50,411 bases of DNA from Lenisia limosa (Eukaryota > Protista > Breviatea), in contig LPNZ01011109.1 in assembly GCA_001655205.1 (NCBI GenBank), forward strand, positions 1 to 50,411. The letters are read 5' to 3'. Each line of letters begins with the position of its first letter. Position 1 is the first letter of the stretch. The position numbers and the translations under genes are program-made. The notes under the pieces are model-generated. The model made no database searches. It was not told the DNA's origin and saw nothing but the letters and a program-made list of their open reading frames with translations. This document shows, piece by piece, positions 23,553-35,738 of this stretch.

Positions 23553-26214
23553 TTAGGAGACAAGCCAGCAAAATCGCTGGGCTAGACAGGTTAGACAGGA
23601 AATACAAAACAGAGACAGACAACTGGTTCTCCCTTCAACCTTTTTACTAAAGTACGGCGACGCCTTAGCAACCAACGCCACCGTTCTTCCTTGGAACTTA
23701 AAGTGCGTTACACCTAAAAAATGAGAGGGGCACGTAACCGATTTTGAGACCAACCATCATACTCGCCTCTAATAGGGAGTGGCCGAAATAAATGGAAGTA
23801 GTCAACAATTGCTGCCCATCCGCGGTCCTTAAGAAGACAATGAATCCAATCCACTTGCAAAACTAGATGGTTGTACCTCATAATAATAAAAATAAAATTA
23901 TCATAATACATAGTATATATGATATGATACATATAGAAAATAATAAATATATGTATCAGAGTAGTATGTAATAATATACGCTATATGCGCATATTACATA
24001 GTATATCATACATTTACTACAATATCCTATATTTTGTACAAGTAGAATATCATTTAAATTTATCATAAAGAACTCAGCAGAATAATGAAAAACAAACAAA
24101 AAAACAAAAACAAAATGGGCAACCCTACGTTTCGATTTTGAAATGAGAAATACGTTGTGCACTAGAAAGAAAATGACCACTCCTTTCATGAAATGTGTTC
24201 ATTTTCCACCATATTATCGGGATGAATAAGGGTTTTCCTTTAACTGAGCCCTTTTCTACTGATAGACCAAAAATTTAGTCCAAAATCCCAAATGCTGGGG
24301 CCCATTGATATCGACACTTTGCAAACCATTGGTCCATTGATGTTGAGATACACAGCAAGAACTTCATTAAAGTGGTTTCCCTAAACAGTTAACCAAAAAA
24401 GCTTCATTATTTGTGAAATGAGAGTGACAAGCTCTCTAATAAGTAATGACACCTCCATGCAGCCATAGGATATATGACAAGTAGCTCACAAAAAAAAAAA
24501 CTATGATTACAAATTACTAATCACTTACATCGGCAGGACGGTCCAATTGACTGAGTTCTAAAACTGGTTCACTTCGAGACATTCTACACAGTAAATACTA
24601 AAAGAGTTTTAAACAAAGTATTATCCATCCTGTATAAGGCCTACAAGTCTTCAATGTAGTGGTCATAGCCTGCCTTGTGCAAATGCGAGGTTTCTAATTT
24701 GATTTCAGGTCCGTCATAAAGCTTGAATTGTCAAAAACAACTCATTTACTGCCGCCACCTCAGCATACCGCAATATCTTTCAGATTATCATTGAAGAATG
24801 ACGCATCAGCATGTGATCCTTGATATAATAAAGGGATGGTTACAAAATAAAACAAAACAGAATGTTTGAATTGCCCTCATACCAACAATGCCGAAATTGT
24901 AATTTCTTGACACTTCAGGGAATAAACACTGTCTTCCTTTACGGATGTGACTTTGTCTGAGATGGTGGTCCTAGAACATTAAATGCCATATACTCCTTAA
25001 GGCACTTTTGAACAAACCCAATGTCTTGAAGGCCAACTACGAATAACGTCATCGTACATTTTACGCGGCATAAGCCACCCTAAGTAAGATCAGAACGGTG
25101 TATCTCGTTTTTAATCATACCTAATCCAATGAAATAATTAGTTCGTAGGAGTTTCGTTGGGTCTAAAGCCTTGTCTTTGAAACCACTGTCATTCCAGGAA
25201 GACACACACCTGCATAATAAAACTAGGATTGGATGCCCATGACACCGCATTCAAGAACATACCAAAGAAGGGGATCTTCTTGAAGAATAGGTTCCATTTG
25301 AGTGAAATACTCTAAAAAGTTTTTGCTGAACTTCAAGTCATCTTCAACAATTACAATGCTATCATGTCCCTGATACTCCTATAGTTGTTAACCATGAAAA
25401 CAGTCAAGAGATAAAGCGAATATCTCTTTATAACCAACTGGTATCTGTCCTCCAAAGCACGCCTTCAACATGAAGCGGTAGTTATTTGCAATGAAGACAT
25501 TAGGCTCAGCTCTGATATATAAGGGAAGGCGGGGGACTCAGGAAGATACAAACCTTGGGTTCGTTTTTGACCTGTCATTTTGAAAGTGTCGTAATCCGAA
25601 TTCTTTCACAACATGAGCAACTTCTTGATTATCTCCATCCTGTCGTGTTAATCACATCCAAAAAAAATGAGAGCCAACCTGAAAAACAGTGATCATGTTC
25701 TTGTCAATGCCGCGCACTTGTAAAAGGGATGTTAAAGATTCCCTCAAATACTGGGGTCTATTGTAGCAAACCTGCAAGTTACCCCCAAAAAAAAAAACTC
25801 ACCATTGCGATAGGAAACTTTTTTACAGGAGGAAATTCCCCGTCAACGCTTGCAGCTGGTGTAGTGGGGAGAGAGAGTTCAGATGAAGACGGGTCTGGAG
25901 TGGGAATGGGAGTGGGAGTGGGAGTAGGAGTGGGGTTAGAAGCAACCGGCTCATCACTTTTTGAATAGGACTCTTCCTGGCTTAGAGATTCCAGTGGCCG
26001 TGAAACTGAAAGAGTTATTGCCATTTTAGCACGAATCAAAAGACATACCAGTTGGGACTTCGAACATAGGGGCAGGATTAGGCTGAGAATTCGCTCTACA
26101 GCATTATTACAAAATAAACAACGAAAATACATACGACGATACACCGACAAACTGCCCAATGATCACTCCCAGTGCAAAGGCAAGCAGCAACACGACAGCA
26201 ATCCTAAGATTCAT
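23553..26214 (-). CDS. MGAT1: Alpha-1,3-mannosyl-glycoprotein beta-1,2-N-acetylglucosaminyltransferase (GnT-I, GT13); 3' end approximate
   Basis: N-terminal signal anchor MNLRIAVVLLLAFALGVIIG, PT-rich stem, IVIVEDDL, CVSSWNDSG...LLRTNYFIGLGWL...WPSRHWDHHLR...KGRQCLFPEVSRNYNFG, C-terminal VTHFKFQGRTVAL. Confidence 0.88.
25899..25935 (-). repeat. Coding hexamer repeat giving (PT)n stem of GnT-I
   Basis: gggagt/gggaat/ggagta units; translates NPTPTPTPTPIPTPDP. Confidence 0.85.
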
Positions 26215-26801
26215 ATTTGCAATTTGCCTATCCTCACAGTAGTATATCCTCTATAATAATAATACGTGAAACGTGTTAGTGAGCGCAGCAGTTCCAGCAG
26301 TTCTGGCATCTGGTTTTGCTGGTTTTCTGCAGTTGCCAAGATCCCCTCGATCTCTTTGCATTCTCTCTCCCTCTGCGGCCACCCTCCGCCCAGCCTCCGC
26401 CTCTCTTCAGTAGCCTGGTATCCACCACCATACATTTCCTGATCTTGTCNNNNNNNNNNNNNNNNNNNNNNNNNNNNNNNNNNNNNNNNNNNNNNNNNNN
26501 NNNNNNNNNNNNNNNNNNNNNNNNNNNNNNNNGTTAATAATTTCCCCCTTGCGTCCACATCTGCCAAACCAAAAAAGAGAGGGAGCTATAACCCTAGGAG
26601 GGAGAGTTCTCAAGGATAAGTGAGCACTGTCTCTATGCAATCCCAACTTTGACCTCATATCGAGATGGAAAGATCCCAAATTAGAGAGTTGAAAAAAAAA
26701 GTAAGTTATTTGAAAGATAGATTCAGCGAACCCCCTCCCCCGCCCACATCCCACCCTGCAATTTTCAATAACATTTTAGTACCCCAATATAGCAGCTAGT
26801 T

Positions 26802-29800
26802 ATGATGGAGTGGTTGGATGGTCATGCCAGGAGCATTCTGATGATCATCACCTCTGTAAGGCTGCTATATTGTTGTCACCTCCAGTATCTTCTCTGAAGG
26901 ATGTTCTTCAAAAATGTCTGAACAGTTTTCCTCAAGAGGAAGCGGAAGGTAATTCATTAATTAAAGTTGTATTCATGATGTCATTTTATCAGAATCCACG
27001 CAACCAACTTTCCTCGAAGTTGCACAACTGACAGAAAATGCAAATCATTCTGATATGGAGGTCACTGATACAGAAGTGGGTAACTTTCTCTGGTTATGGT
27101 ATAGGCATCGCAAGTTGTAGACAAAATTATCTCGACTGATAGCCCAACTTCTTCATTACCTCGGTTAGTTGGCTTACTATGGCACCTAGGATGGGTCTTT
27201 CGTTATACGTATTATATGTAATATATATCATATAATATAGTATACTATACATAATTATATGATGATATGTATAGTACTACAATATGGGCGTAAGCCTTAA
27301 GTCAGTCTGATTTTTTAATTGATTTTTCTATCGCGGCAGAAATGAAGAAAGCACCATACAGGACCAAAAGTACAGGATTATTTTGTGCTGTGGCCTCAAG
27401 AAGCCCGTAGACTCCTAATACCGAGAAGCTTTTCCAGTTTTTTTACTTGCAGTAATTATTGCGTATTTTGTGAAAGTATAATATTACTAAGACAACATAA
27501 CTAATTGTAAAGGATTTTTTTGGATGTGACACTAAATAGACGATCACTTGTTGGGTGTATATTTTTTAGGATTTACATTTCACTCAATTTTATGCTGTTG
27601 TTGACAGCATTTCATATGTGTATGTTCACTGGGATATATTTGGGTCATTTCACACGGTTTATTCTTGAATCATCTTCCCAATTTCCAAAACTTGTAAATT
27701 ATAATGTGTTAAATATTATTTGACCTACAATATTGCTAGAAATTGACAGCAAAAAACCTTCTTGAAGGGGAGGACCTCGAGCACGGGGCGAGTCGAGAGT
27801 CCAAAAAAATATTGAAAGGTGACATTTTAGTTTTGAAGTAATCCCATTTGATCCAAACCTTCAAGTAGCCACACCCAATGAATCGGACCTTGAAAGGGAA
27901 CTGTTCGACCTTAGGTGTGTTATTTCATAATAATAACCTATTATTATTCAGTCCTAAAGATAACGACCTTCCTTCTGAACCAGTTCAACTTGAGGTTTCA
28001 CATGATTCTGCAGTACCAGGTGAAATTCCAGAAACTGAGCGGCGATCTATTGAAGATGAGTGTAACGAGGCACTCAATAAAGCTGACCAAAGACTCAGCA
28101 TTAAACCAGAGGAAACTGTTTGTTAATTGGTTTCTTTCATGACTAAATAGGATGATGGATATACTGGAGACCCAGAGGTTGATGCCTTGATTCTCAAAAT
28201 GAAATGCCAGACAGACTCGCATGGAAGTGATTGCCAGCAGTTATTCCCAAAAGACGTTGACTCTGATCCAACTCTTAACGAGGATGCCGTTCTTCAGCGG
28301 GCCATGGATGAAGTTCAGCTTGAGAAGCGCCTCAACAACTCAACATCGGTGCCGTTGACACAATTTGACTTCTCGGAACCATTATCCACTAATTCGACTT
28401 CAGAAACCCCAGCAGGTACTGTTGCGTTTCTGTTGTAATCCTTCTTTTGTAGGCAAAGAGCCAGACTCATCTGAATCAGCTATCGACACTTTAAATTTAC
28501 TTGCAGTGAATGAGCCTCCTGAAACTATCGCCATCAAACCCACAATTAATAATAGTGTGCCACCTCAGAAATGCTTCTCGCATTTTGTGGTTCTCTTACC
28601 TTCTTTTAGATGCTGTTTATGATGATGACTTTGATGACTTTGACAATGAAGAGGAAATGGCTGATTGGCTTGACGTATGGATATCTTCAAGAGTCACTGT
28701 GTAGGTTATCCCTTGCAATCCTCCCTCAACTCTCCCTGCGTCCCATGCAATCTCACCAACTCCACCGAAAACGACTAGCCCTATCAATGGAAATTCGCCG
28801 CAGCCATACTCCAGTGTCTCCCACACTCAGAAGACCTCTAGTCGACCAAACACCCCCCAAAAATCGGAACTGATTTCTTTGCCAGCCATTGTGTTGGAAC
28901 CAAAAGGGTCGGGTCCGAACATTGTAGCCGGTTTGTAGTTTATTATGGAATATTTGGTAACAGCCGCAGCAATTCGAAGTAACAAGGAACGCTTAGCAAT
29001 GGCCAACAGACAAATTGCGCTCAGTTGGATACAGAGAATTATTAATCGTTATTCTTTAGAAGCATCACAGTACTCAGAACAATCTTTACGCGAAGAAATT
29101 GCGGAAATTGTACGACATGGATTTTTTTGTTTGTATCTCAATTCTTTCAAATGCATACTAACCGGTCAGCGATACACTTTGATCAAGGTGTGTTCAGCAG
29201 ACAACGAACGAGCCGCTAAACGTGATGCTGAGGTTGGGGAGCTTTCAGATAGATGTCTGTTTTTTGCAAGGGTTTTTATGATCCTTCAGTTGAACCGACA
29301 TGCAATGATGGCGGAACAAGCAGAACCCCCCCGAGTGGGAAAAGTCAAGAGTCTCATTTTCCAGTTGGAGTTATACAGGGGAAAATGACAGTCTAGGATG
29401 CGTAAGAACTATGGCGATGTCAGTGGATTGGAATGTGGTCCCTTATGGCCTGCTGTCAACAGGACTCAAATGACTGGATTCGTGGTTTGTTCCTATCAAT
29501 GATTTCACTAAATAGAAGCAACAGAACGAAGAAAATCCTCAAAATCTATCAAACCACTTGATTGATTTAATGTGGTATGGTCCACATGCTTCATTATTAA
29601 CTTTTTAGCTCTCGTAGTCACTTACCTGGGTGGCTGTTGATGTCGTTTAGACAACAGGTGAGTTCTGTGAAGAAACTTGGTTTTTCAATGGATTATGGAA
29701 GACAGTCTAATCTCACAATTTCAGCTCATTTCAGTATATCCTCTTGGAGAAGTTCCTGAGAAGGCACTTGGAGAAATCATGAATTTGATTTATGCTTTTG

Positions 29801-30645
29801 TTGGTAGGTAAACTATATTTTTCTTCCAGTTACATATGAGATCATTTGGCGATTGTCATTGGTAGAGCGTTTACCTGCAATGATTCTTTGTTTTTGACAA
29901 TTGAAAGAGTAGGTTATTTTTCGTTTTTGTCTTATGTCACAGTGTGTCTTTGCTGGAATTTTTGACCATATATATGCTCTTGTAGCGACAGTGGTAAGTT
30001 ATTAAAAGCCCCATTATCCTGTTAGCATGCGACTCATCAAAGTCGTTGGACAAAATCCATCCAGTTTATGTATAGATTACAACAAAAGGATTTAGATGTT
30101 GCTGAGAGGTTTCAAGAGGTAAGAGTGCCTTTGTTCCGGATATCATTTGACAATTTAGATTAACTTTCAGACAAAAGGTGTTGATGTTCTGAGAAAGATT
30201 ACAAAAGTTTGGGTTTGGTGAAAGTGCTAAACTATTTAGGTTACCGCGCCCCATGACATGCTTCAAACCATTACAGACACTCTCAAGAGCTTGAGCACTT
30301 CTGCATCTGAACTATGTCCGAACGCTGCAATGTATGTTTTGGATTTTTAAGAGTTGAATTGATAACTTTGCAGTGGTGCAGACGATTTAATCCCTCTTGC
30401 CGCGTACTCAATTGCTCAAGGTTGGTTCACTTTTTTTTCTTATTGATGCAGCTGAAATTCCGAACATCCCTACTCTTCGAGTGTTTATAGAGACCTTCAT
30501 GCGGCCAGATACCTATCTTTGTATGTTCACTTTGGTAGTAGCGGGTTTAATCCCCCCAGGCGAAGCAGGCTACAGTCTCTGCACTTTGGAGTCCTGTCTT
30601 GAGGTTCTCATCCAAGAAGTCAATCTCAAATTTGCTGTGAACTAA
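26802..30645 (+). CDS. VPS9-domain protein (probable Rab5-family GEF) with long disordered N-terminus; 5' end uncertain
   Basis: C-terminal exons GADDLIPLAAYSIAQ, AEIPNIPTLRVFIETFMRP, GEAGYSLCTLESCLEVL...* fit VPS9 motifs. Upstream acidic/Ser/Pro-rich exons from ~26800-28900 splice with GT-AG but may not all belong to this gene. Confidence 0.68.
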
Positions 30646-31341
30646 TCCACTATTATTTATTTATTTTGATAAGTTGTAGTTTTCCATCTCATGTACATTC
30701 GGCAGTTCAAGGTGTAATTCACCAACTTGACTTTTGATATCAACGTTTTCAAGGCGGATTGATTGTGTTAGCGACATCAGGATATGACATGTCCCCAATC
30801 CTACAAATCATATCATGAGTCGACTTCACCCAAGGTGGGGTTACTCTCCCTATTGAAAACACGAAAGCGTACACCGCCACTGTTTTGTTCGATATCCAGT
30901 CCGTTTTTGTCTCTTTTTTTAGAAAACAATTTTTGGGAAATATTTGTGATTTTTGGGACATTTTTGACCGAGTCAGGACTTTTTTTTTACTTTTTTCATG
31001 TGCGAATTTCTGGGTACGCTAAAAATACGCTGTACACTGTAAACCACCGCTTTTATCCTTTTCAACCACCAGAGAGGTGTTCTGGGGAGTGACCCCCCCC
31101 CCCTGACTTCACCATATTCAATTGATATTCAAGGTCGATTCTACCTGAATGAACACAAAAGATGCCGAGAAGTGCCACACCCATTTTTCTAATGTTGGCC
31201 ACAACACGAGGGGGCCACAGTGTGACAGTGTGGCAACTTGGTGGCCACAGTTCCTCTCAGTTAGTTTGCTTTGCGGCTCATGACAATCGTACTATTTTTT
31301 ATTGACGATGATAGTGAGTTCGAGTCCCAACTGCAGTTTTA

Positions 31342-31794
31342 GGGTGCGATTGGTTTTTATTTTTTTTATTAAAAATAGTTAAAATTTTAAGTGAGCACCT
31401 CCTGTTAAAATATTTTTTGTACCATTAGAGTTTTCCATCATCCGTCCCTCATCTCTGTAGACATGGTCCACTAACGCAGAGAAGGCCTCAGGCCCAACAC
31501 GGGCGACTCTTCTGAAGCCACTCTCAGAGTATGGTTGACAACATGAAGCCCAAACTGTTTCATAACTGTTTAGGGGAAACAATCCAGCAATGGCAGGGAT
31601 CTTTGAATACTCTTCGGGCTCCAGCAACCCCAGTTACAACAGTAAAGACGGAGACCATGGCAAGAGACAACAAAGTAAAATGTTGATGAAGTGGATGCAA
31701 TTAAAAAAATAAAATAAAAATCAATCACCCATTTAAATAAAAAAAGGGAATAAAATTTTAAAAAAACACAAAAAAATAAAATGCAACCGCGCCC
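31342..31794 (-). mobile_element. PIF/Harbinger non-autonomous deletion derivative (453 bp)
   Basis: TTA at 31339-31341 and 31795-31797; inverted termini gggtgcgattggtttttattttttt versus reverse complement gggcgcggttgcattttattttttt (21/25); internal minus ORF 31379-31627 contains SGFRRVARVGPEAFSALVDHV, resembling the N-terminal FRxxFRMxxxxFxxL of Harbinger transposases. Confidence 0.8.
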
Positions 31795-31917
31795 TTACTG
31801 TGCTTGCCCCCTAGGAGGTATATATATCTATACACCTCCTAGCTAGCTGCTCGCACAACCCAGCGCACACCAAAAACAGCTAAACACAAATACAACGAAG
31901 ATTTGACGAAGATACTC

Positions 31918-34470
31918 ATGAAAATATTTTGGTGGTTGGCCATTTTTGGGGCCAGTCTACAGTATGTTGAGTGCCTTTCCTTGAACCTATCTGCCTTCTA
32001 TAGCCCACATGGTAAACGGGGAATTGAAATGGAGGAACAGATGTGCTTTCATCCCCGTCCCAGTTACTCACTCCATAGGACCTGGCGACCATCTCTTCTG
32101 CCAGGCTTTCCAGAATACTCACCAGAAGAAGGGCCAAATTAAAGGATTTTGCGAGTAAGATGGGAAATAGTTTTATCTTGAATTAACTTCAATCATTTGA
32201 TGACAACAGATGGGACTCCGTTGTTGACAAAGGCATGACGTTGACCGCAGGGTCAGTTGAGTACCAACTCGGTAGGCTTCTGTGTGATCTAATGTTCAGA
32301 CGAGCAATATGGGGTTTCAAGGGAGCCTCAAGACTTCAAGAGTTCGGACTGGAAAATGGATCTTTCTCAGTTTGACAGTGATGAGTGGGTGGTGTCAACC
32401 GTTATTGTCGTTTGTCCAAAACTGACCTGATAGAGGGAGATGGGCTGATGTGCTAGCCTCAGTCGCCGTACCTGCCGGTCATAAGCCGGTATCAATGACA
32501 ATGTGGACTAGTGAGCAGGAAGCATGAAAAGCATTGTATTTTATGTTCCTGTTTGTTGTTTATCACATCGTAGTGAAAACCGAGTCTTATTCTGTCGTGG
32601 CCTTTGGAGGAAAAACCCCCTTCGTTCTTTCTATTCCGAACAAAAAAAACAGTTAGCGCGTGCTAAAGAGATCATTTGACTTTTAGGCAAACCTTCTCTC
32701 CTTGATCTCCCGCAGCCCTTTTCAGAGGAGTCGGTGTTGAGTGTTGATGTTGCTTCTGGAGGGCCCACCAATGATGTTTTAGTGGTTTGCTTTGGAAGGT
32801 AAAGATAAGATAATAACCTCTTCCTTTCAATTTGAAATAACCTTTTGTAGGTGAGAGCGCGATTCACAGATGGTACATGCTCTGCCTATGCTATGAACCC
32901 TAATGTTACTGAAATCGAAGTTGGAAGTTGGTTGAAGCCTTGTGATACATTGTGACGAGTTAGATTTGTGTCCCAGCAGCCAAGTTGCCCCTGGCATTGA
33001 TCTTGTTCTTCTTCACACTGGTGGCCCCGCCCCTGAGGTTTGCCATATCATAATATCACTTTGTGAGTCATATTCACACGTTTAATCTATTTTTACATGC
33101 AGTGATATGATACCTTATATCTACTCATATGTTATCACAAGGGACGCCAGTCCCGAGGGAATATAGGGAGGAGGTGGGAAGAGTTTGATTGTGTTAAGGG
33201 ATGTAACGAGGGCTTTTGGCGAGTTCATCCCGAAGAATCCCTGCAACACAATCAAACGAGCCTACTCCCGACAATTCCTGCGAGGGCGCTGTGCGGTAGA
33301 GAAATGATAAAATTAGGATGAAAATTCAAATTTTTGCATTTTTAAGTATTGTTAGAATAGCGGGTACTCTGATAAACTTGAGATGAACCCTCATGTTACT
33401 TTCTTTTTTCATCATTTCAAAGGGGAAGTCGGGAATGCGGTCATATCGTGTGCATGTGACAATATTGACAGTACATTTTGAAGTCAAGCGCCACATTTTG
33501 TTTTATTATTATTTTTTACCCACTAATATAAGCAAGTCCGCTTGCAATATTGTTGCCATCTTTAATTATTGTAGCCAGAAGCTTGGATTGTCATTCCCAC
33601 AAATCCACTCTCTGATCAAACGTGAGTGAAGTTTGTTTATAAACAATGAAATAATGATGTTTCAAATAAAAATTTGCGATTCATTAGAATGATCTGACTT
33701 GTTTAGCCAATACCATGGACTTCCTGACAAACATGTTGCTCTCCCCCTTTACACCCCAATTCCTGGAGATGCTGCGTTTTACATTTCATTCACCCCAAAT
33801 TCTACTGAGTTCCTTCTCAAGGTAAAATGCATGTGTCCTCCGCTTACTTCTAGGGTGTAACTTGGAACTTTGAGCATGGTTTTCCCGATGCTGAGACAGT
33901 TGCAACTGGAAATTACTCCATGAACCTCTCTGGTATGTCATATTTCAAAATTGACGAATGAAATACAGACGTAGGCCCTTGGATTGTGAGACCAACTGCT
34001 ACTGATAGTTCCTTTTTCTTCAGGTTTGTCTTCATGGGAAATCATTTTCTCATTTCTTCAGTAACTCTTTTCACGAAAATGGTGAAATTCATGGTGTTTC
34101 AAGCCTCACTCTTAACGGTGAAACATTCTATCCAGTGAGCCGATTAATACTCGACTTCACAACCCAGGATTACGAGGATGTATTCGCAGCTGCTGCACTG
34201 GATATGCAAATGGAAGGAGTTATCGACTTTTCGGAGGGTCTGTACGAGGTCGCTGGTGACCCCCGTGCTATCTTTTCTGTGTATATTGGGTTGAGTTAAG
34301 TGTTGGGTTAAATGCATAACACAGGTACTATGGCATATGAGTCATTCTTAATGAATACATCCACTGATCAGCGTTCTCCGACTAAATAGTGAGGGAAATA
34401 TCACTCTCACCTCAATGGTATGATCGATGTCTTCACCGTCGAGGGCATGCGCTACGCTGTCATACTAATA
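31918..34470 (+). CDS. Multi-exon predicted secreted protein of unknown function; 3' end approximate
   Basis: Signal-peptide-like MKIFWWLAIFGA; consecutive exons splice in frame (VNGELKWRNRCAFIPVP..., WDSVVDKGMTL..., HGLPDKHVALPFYTP..., GVTWNFEHGFPDAE..., LDFTTQDYEDVF...); TATA-like run at ~31819-31828. No family recognised. Confidence 0.6.
33145..33288. other. Long imperfect inverted repeat / hairpin inside a long intron
   Basis: gtttgattgtgtt (33183-33195) pairs perfectly with aacacaatcaaac (33245-33257); nested agggat/atccct, gggaggagg/cctactccc and ggaat/attcc pairs. Confidence 0.7.
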
Positions 34471-35738
34471 CAATGCCTACTGAGAACCGGGGTTCTCTCG
34501 GCCCCAAATAGCTCTTGAGGAGTATGGTGTAGTGGGTGTGGCTTGTCGAAAACAGGGGAGAAATGGAGGTCCAACACGTCAGCCTCGATAATACCTAAAT
34601 CTTCAACTCGCAACCGCCTTCCAACCTGTTAAACATGGTGGCATAGAGTCCTGGATAATGAAATGAGAAGTCGAATAGAAAGCCCCACTCTCATTCCGCA
34701 AGTGCAACTGACTCCTGGTTGGCATTTTAACTGGTTGGTAATCACACCTGCGGTTGTCAGGTCTGCTACTGATACTTTGGCATGCCCCCCCCCCCCCNNN
34801 NNNNNNNNNNNNNNNNNNNNNNNNNNNNNNNNNNNNNNNNNNNNNNNNNNNNNNNNNNNNNNNNNNNNNNNNNNNNNNNNNNNNNNNNNNNNNNNNNNNN
34901 NNNNNNNNNNNNNNNNNNNNNNNNNNNNNNNNNNNNNNNNNNNNATCGGTGCAACCCGAGTTTGATTCTCGTGTTTTTCAAAAATTCGGCCAGAGAATTA
35001 AAAGAGTCGGTATATTTTGATGTATGAGGCTATCATTTCAATTGAGTTAGCAGGTATTAATAGCCACCACCCAACATTAAAAGCGAGACGACTTGCGAGG
35101 GGTCGAAAGAATGGAGTGAGGGAATTCATGTGGGAGTTTCACCAATAAACTTCAAACTGAAACAGAACTGTTAAATAAACAATTTACTAAATAAAACGCA
35201 ACAATACGAATTCCAATAACCTCGGCGGTTTTCAAATTAAGGAAGCAAACATACCATATAAGGAAACACATCCGACGCCACTGTCGAACCCGGTCCGTAC
35301 CAGTATATCATTTGCCTAAGAGCGGGGTGTACTGTATTTACAACTATGATGCCTTTGTTGTGTTGTGCCTTTTCCTTTTACACTTTTACATAATACTTAC
35401 TACCAGTGTAGTACCATCATGTACCACAGTCAGTATGTATACCATACTATATCTATACAAATTATACTATATAGTATATGAGGACACTAATGAATGTTGG
35501 GCGATTGGGGGATGTTGGAGAGGCTTTTGCGTTTAAACTGTGAAAAGGTATCAGGAACCCGAGGAGGCAGGAATGAATCACTCCTCCGCCTTGGGCCTCC
35601 TCGCAATCAGGAACCACTTCTTATTCTTGAGCTTACCATTTCAGCCGATATGCCTTACACTGTGCATCCCATTGACAACCTAGAAAAGAAAGAGTGTATT
35701 ATACCGAAACATAACCTGAAACAGAAAACAAAACAATC

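Noticed and set aside
30700-31330. Short ORFs and repeated ggccaca motifs between the VPS9 gene and the Harbinger element
   Set aside because: No recognisable protein motif or element boundaries; too little support for a call.
34786-34944. Poly-C tracts directly beside N gaps (also 7802-7814 and 42924-42935)
   Set aside because: Most simply explained by short-read sequencing or assembly failure at homopolymers; hidden content cannot be assessed.
34480-35300. Moderately GC-rich segment around a 147 N gap
   Set aside because: Fragments could be coding, but no consistent frame or family could be established across the gap.
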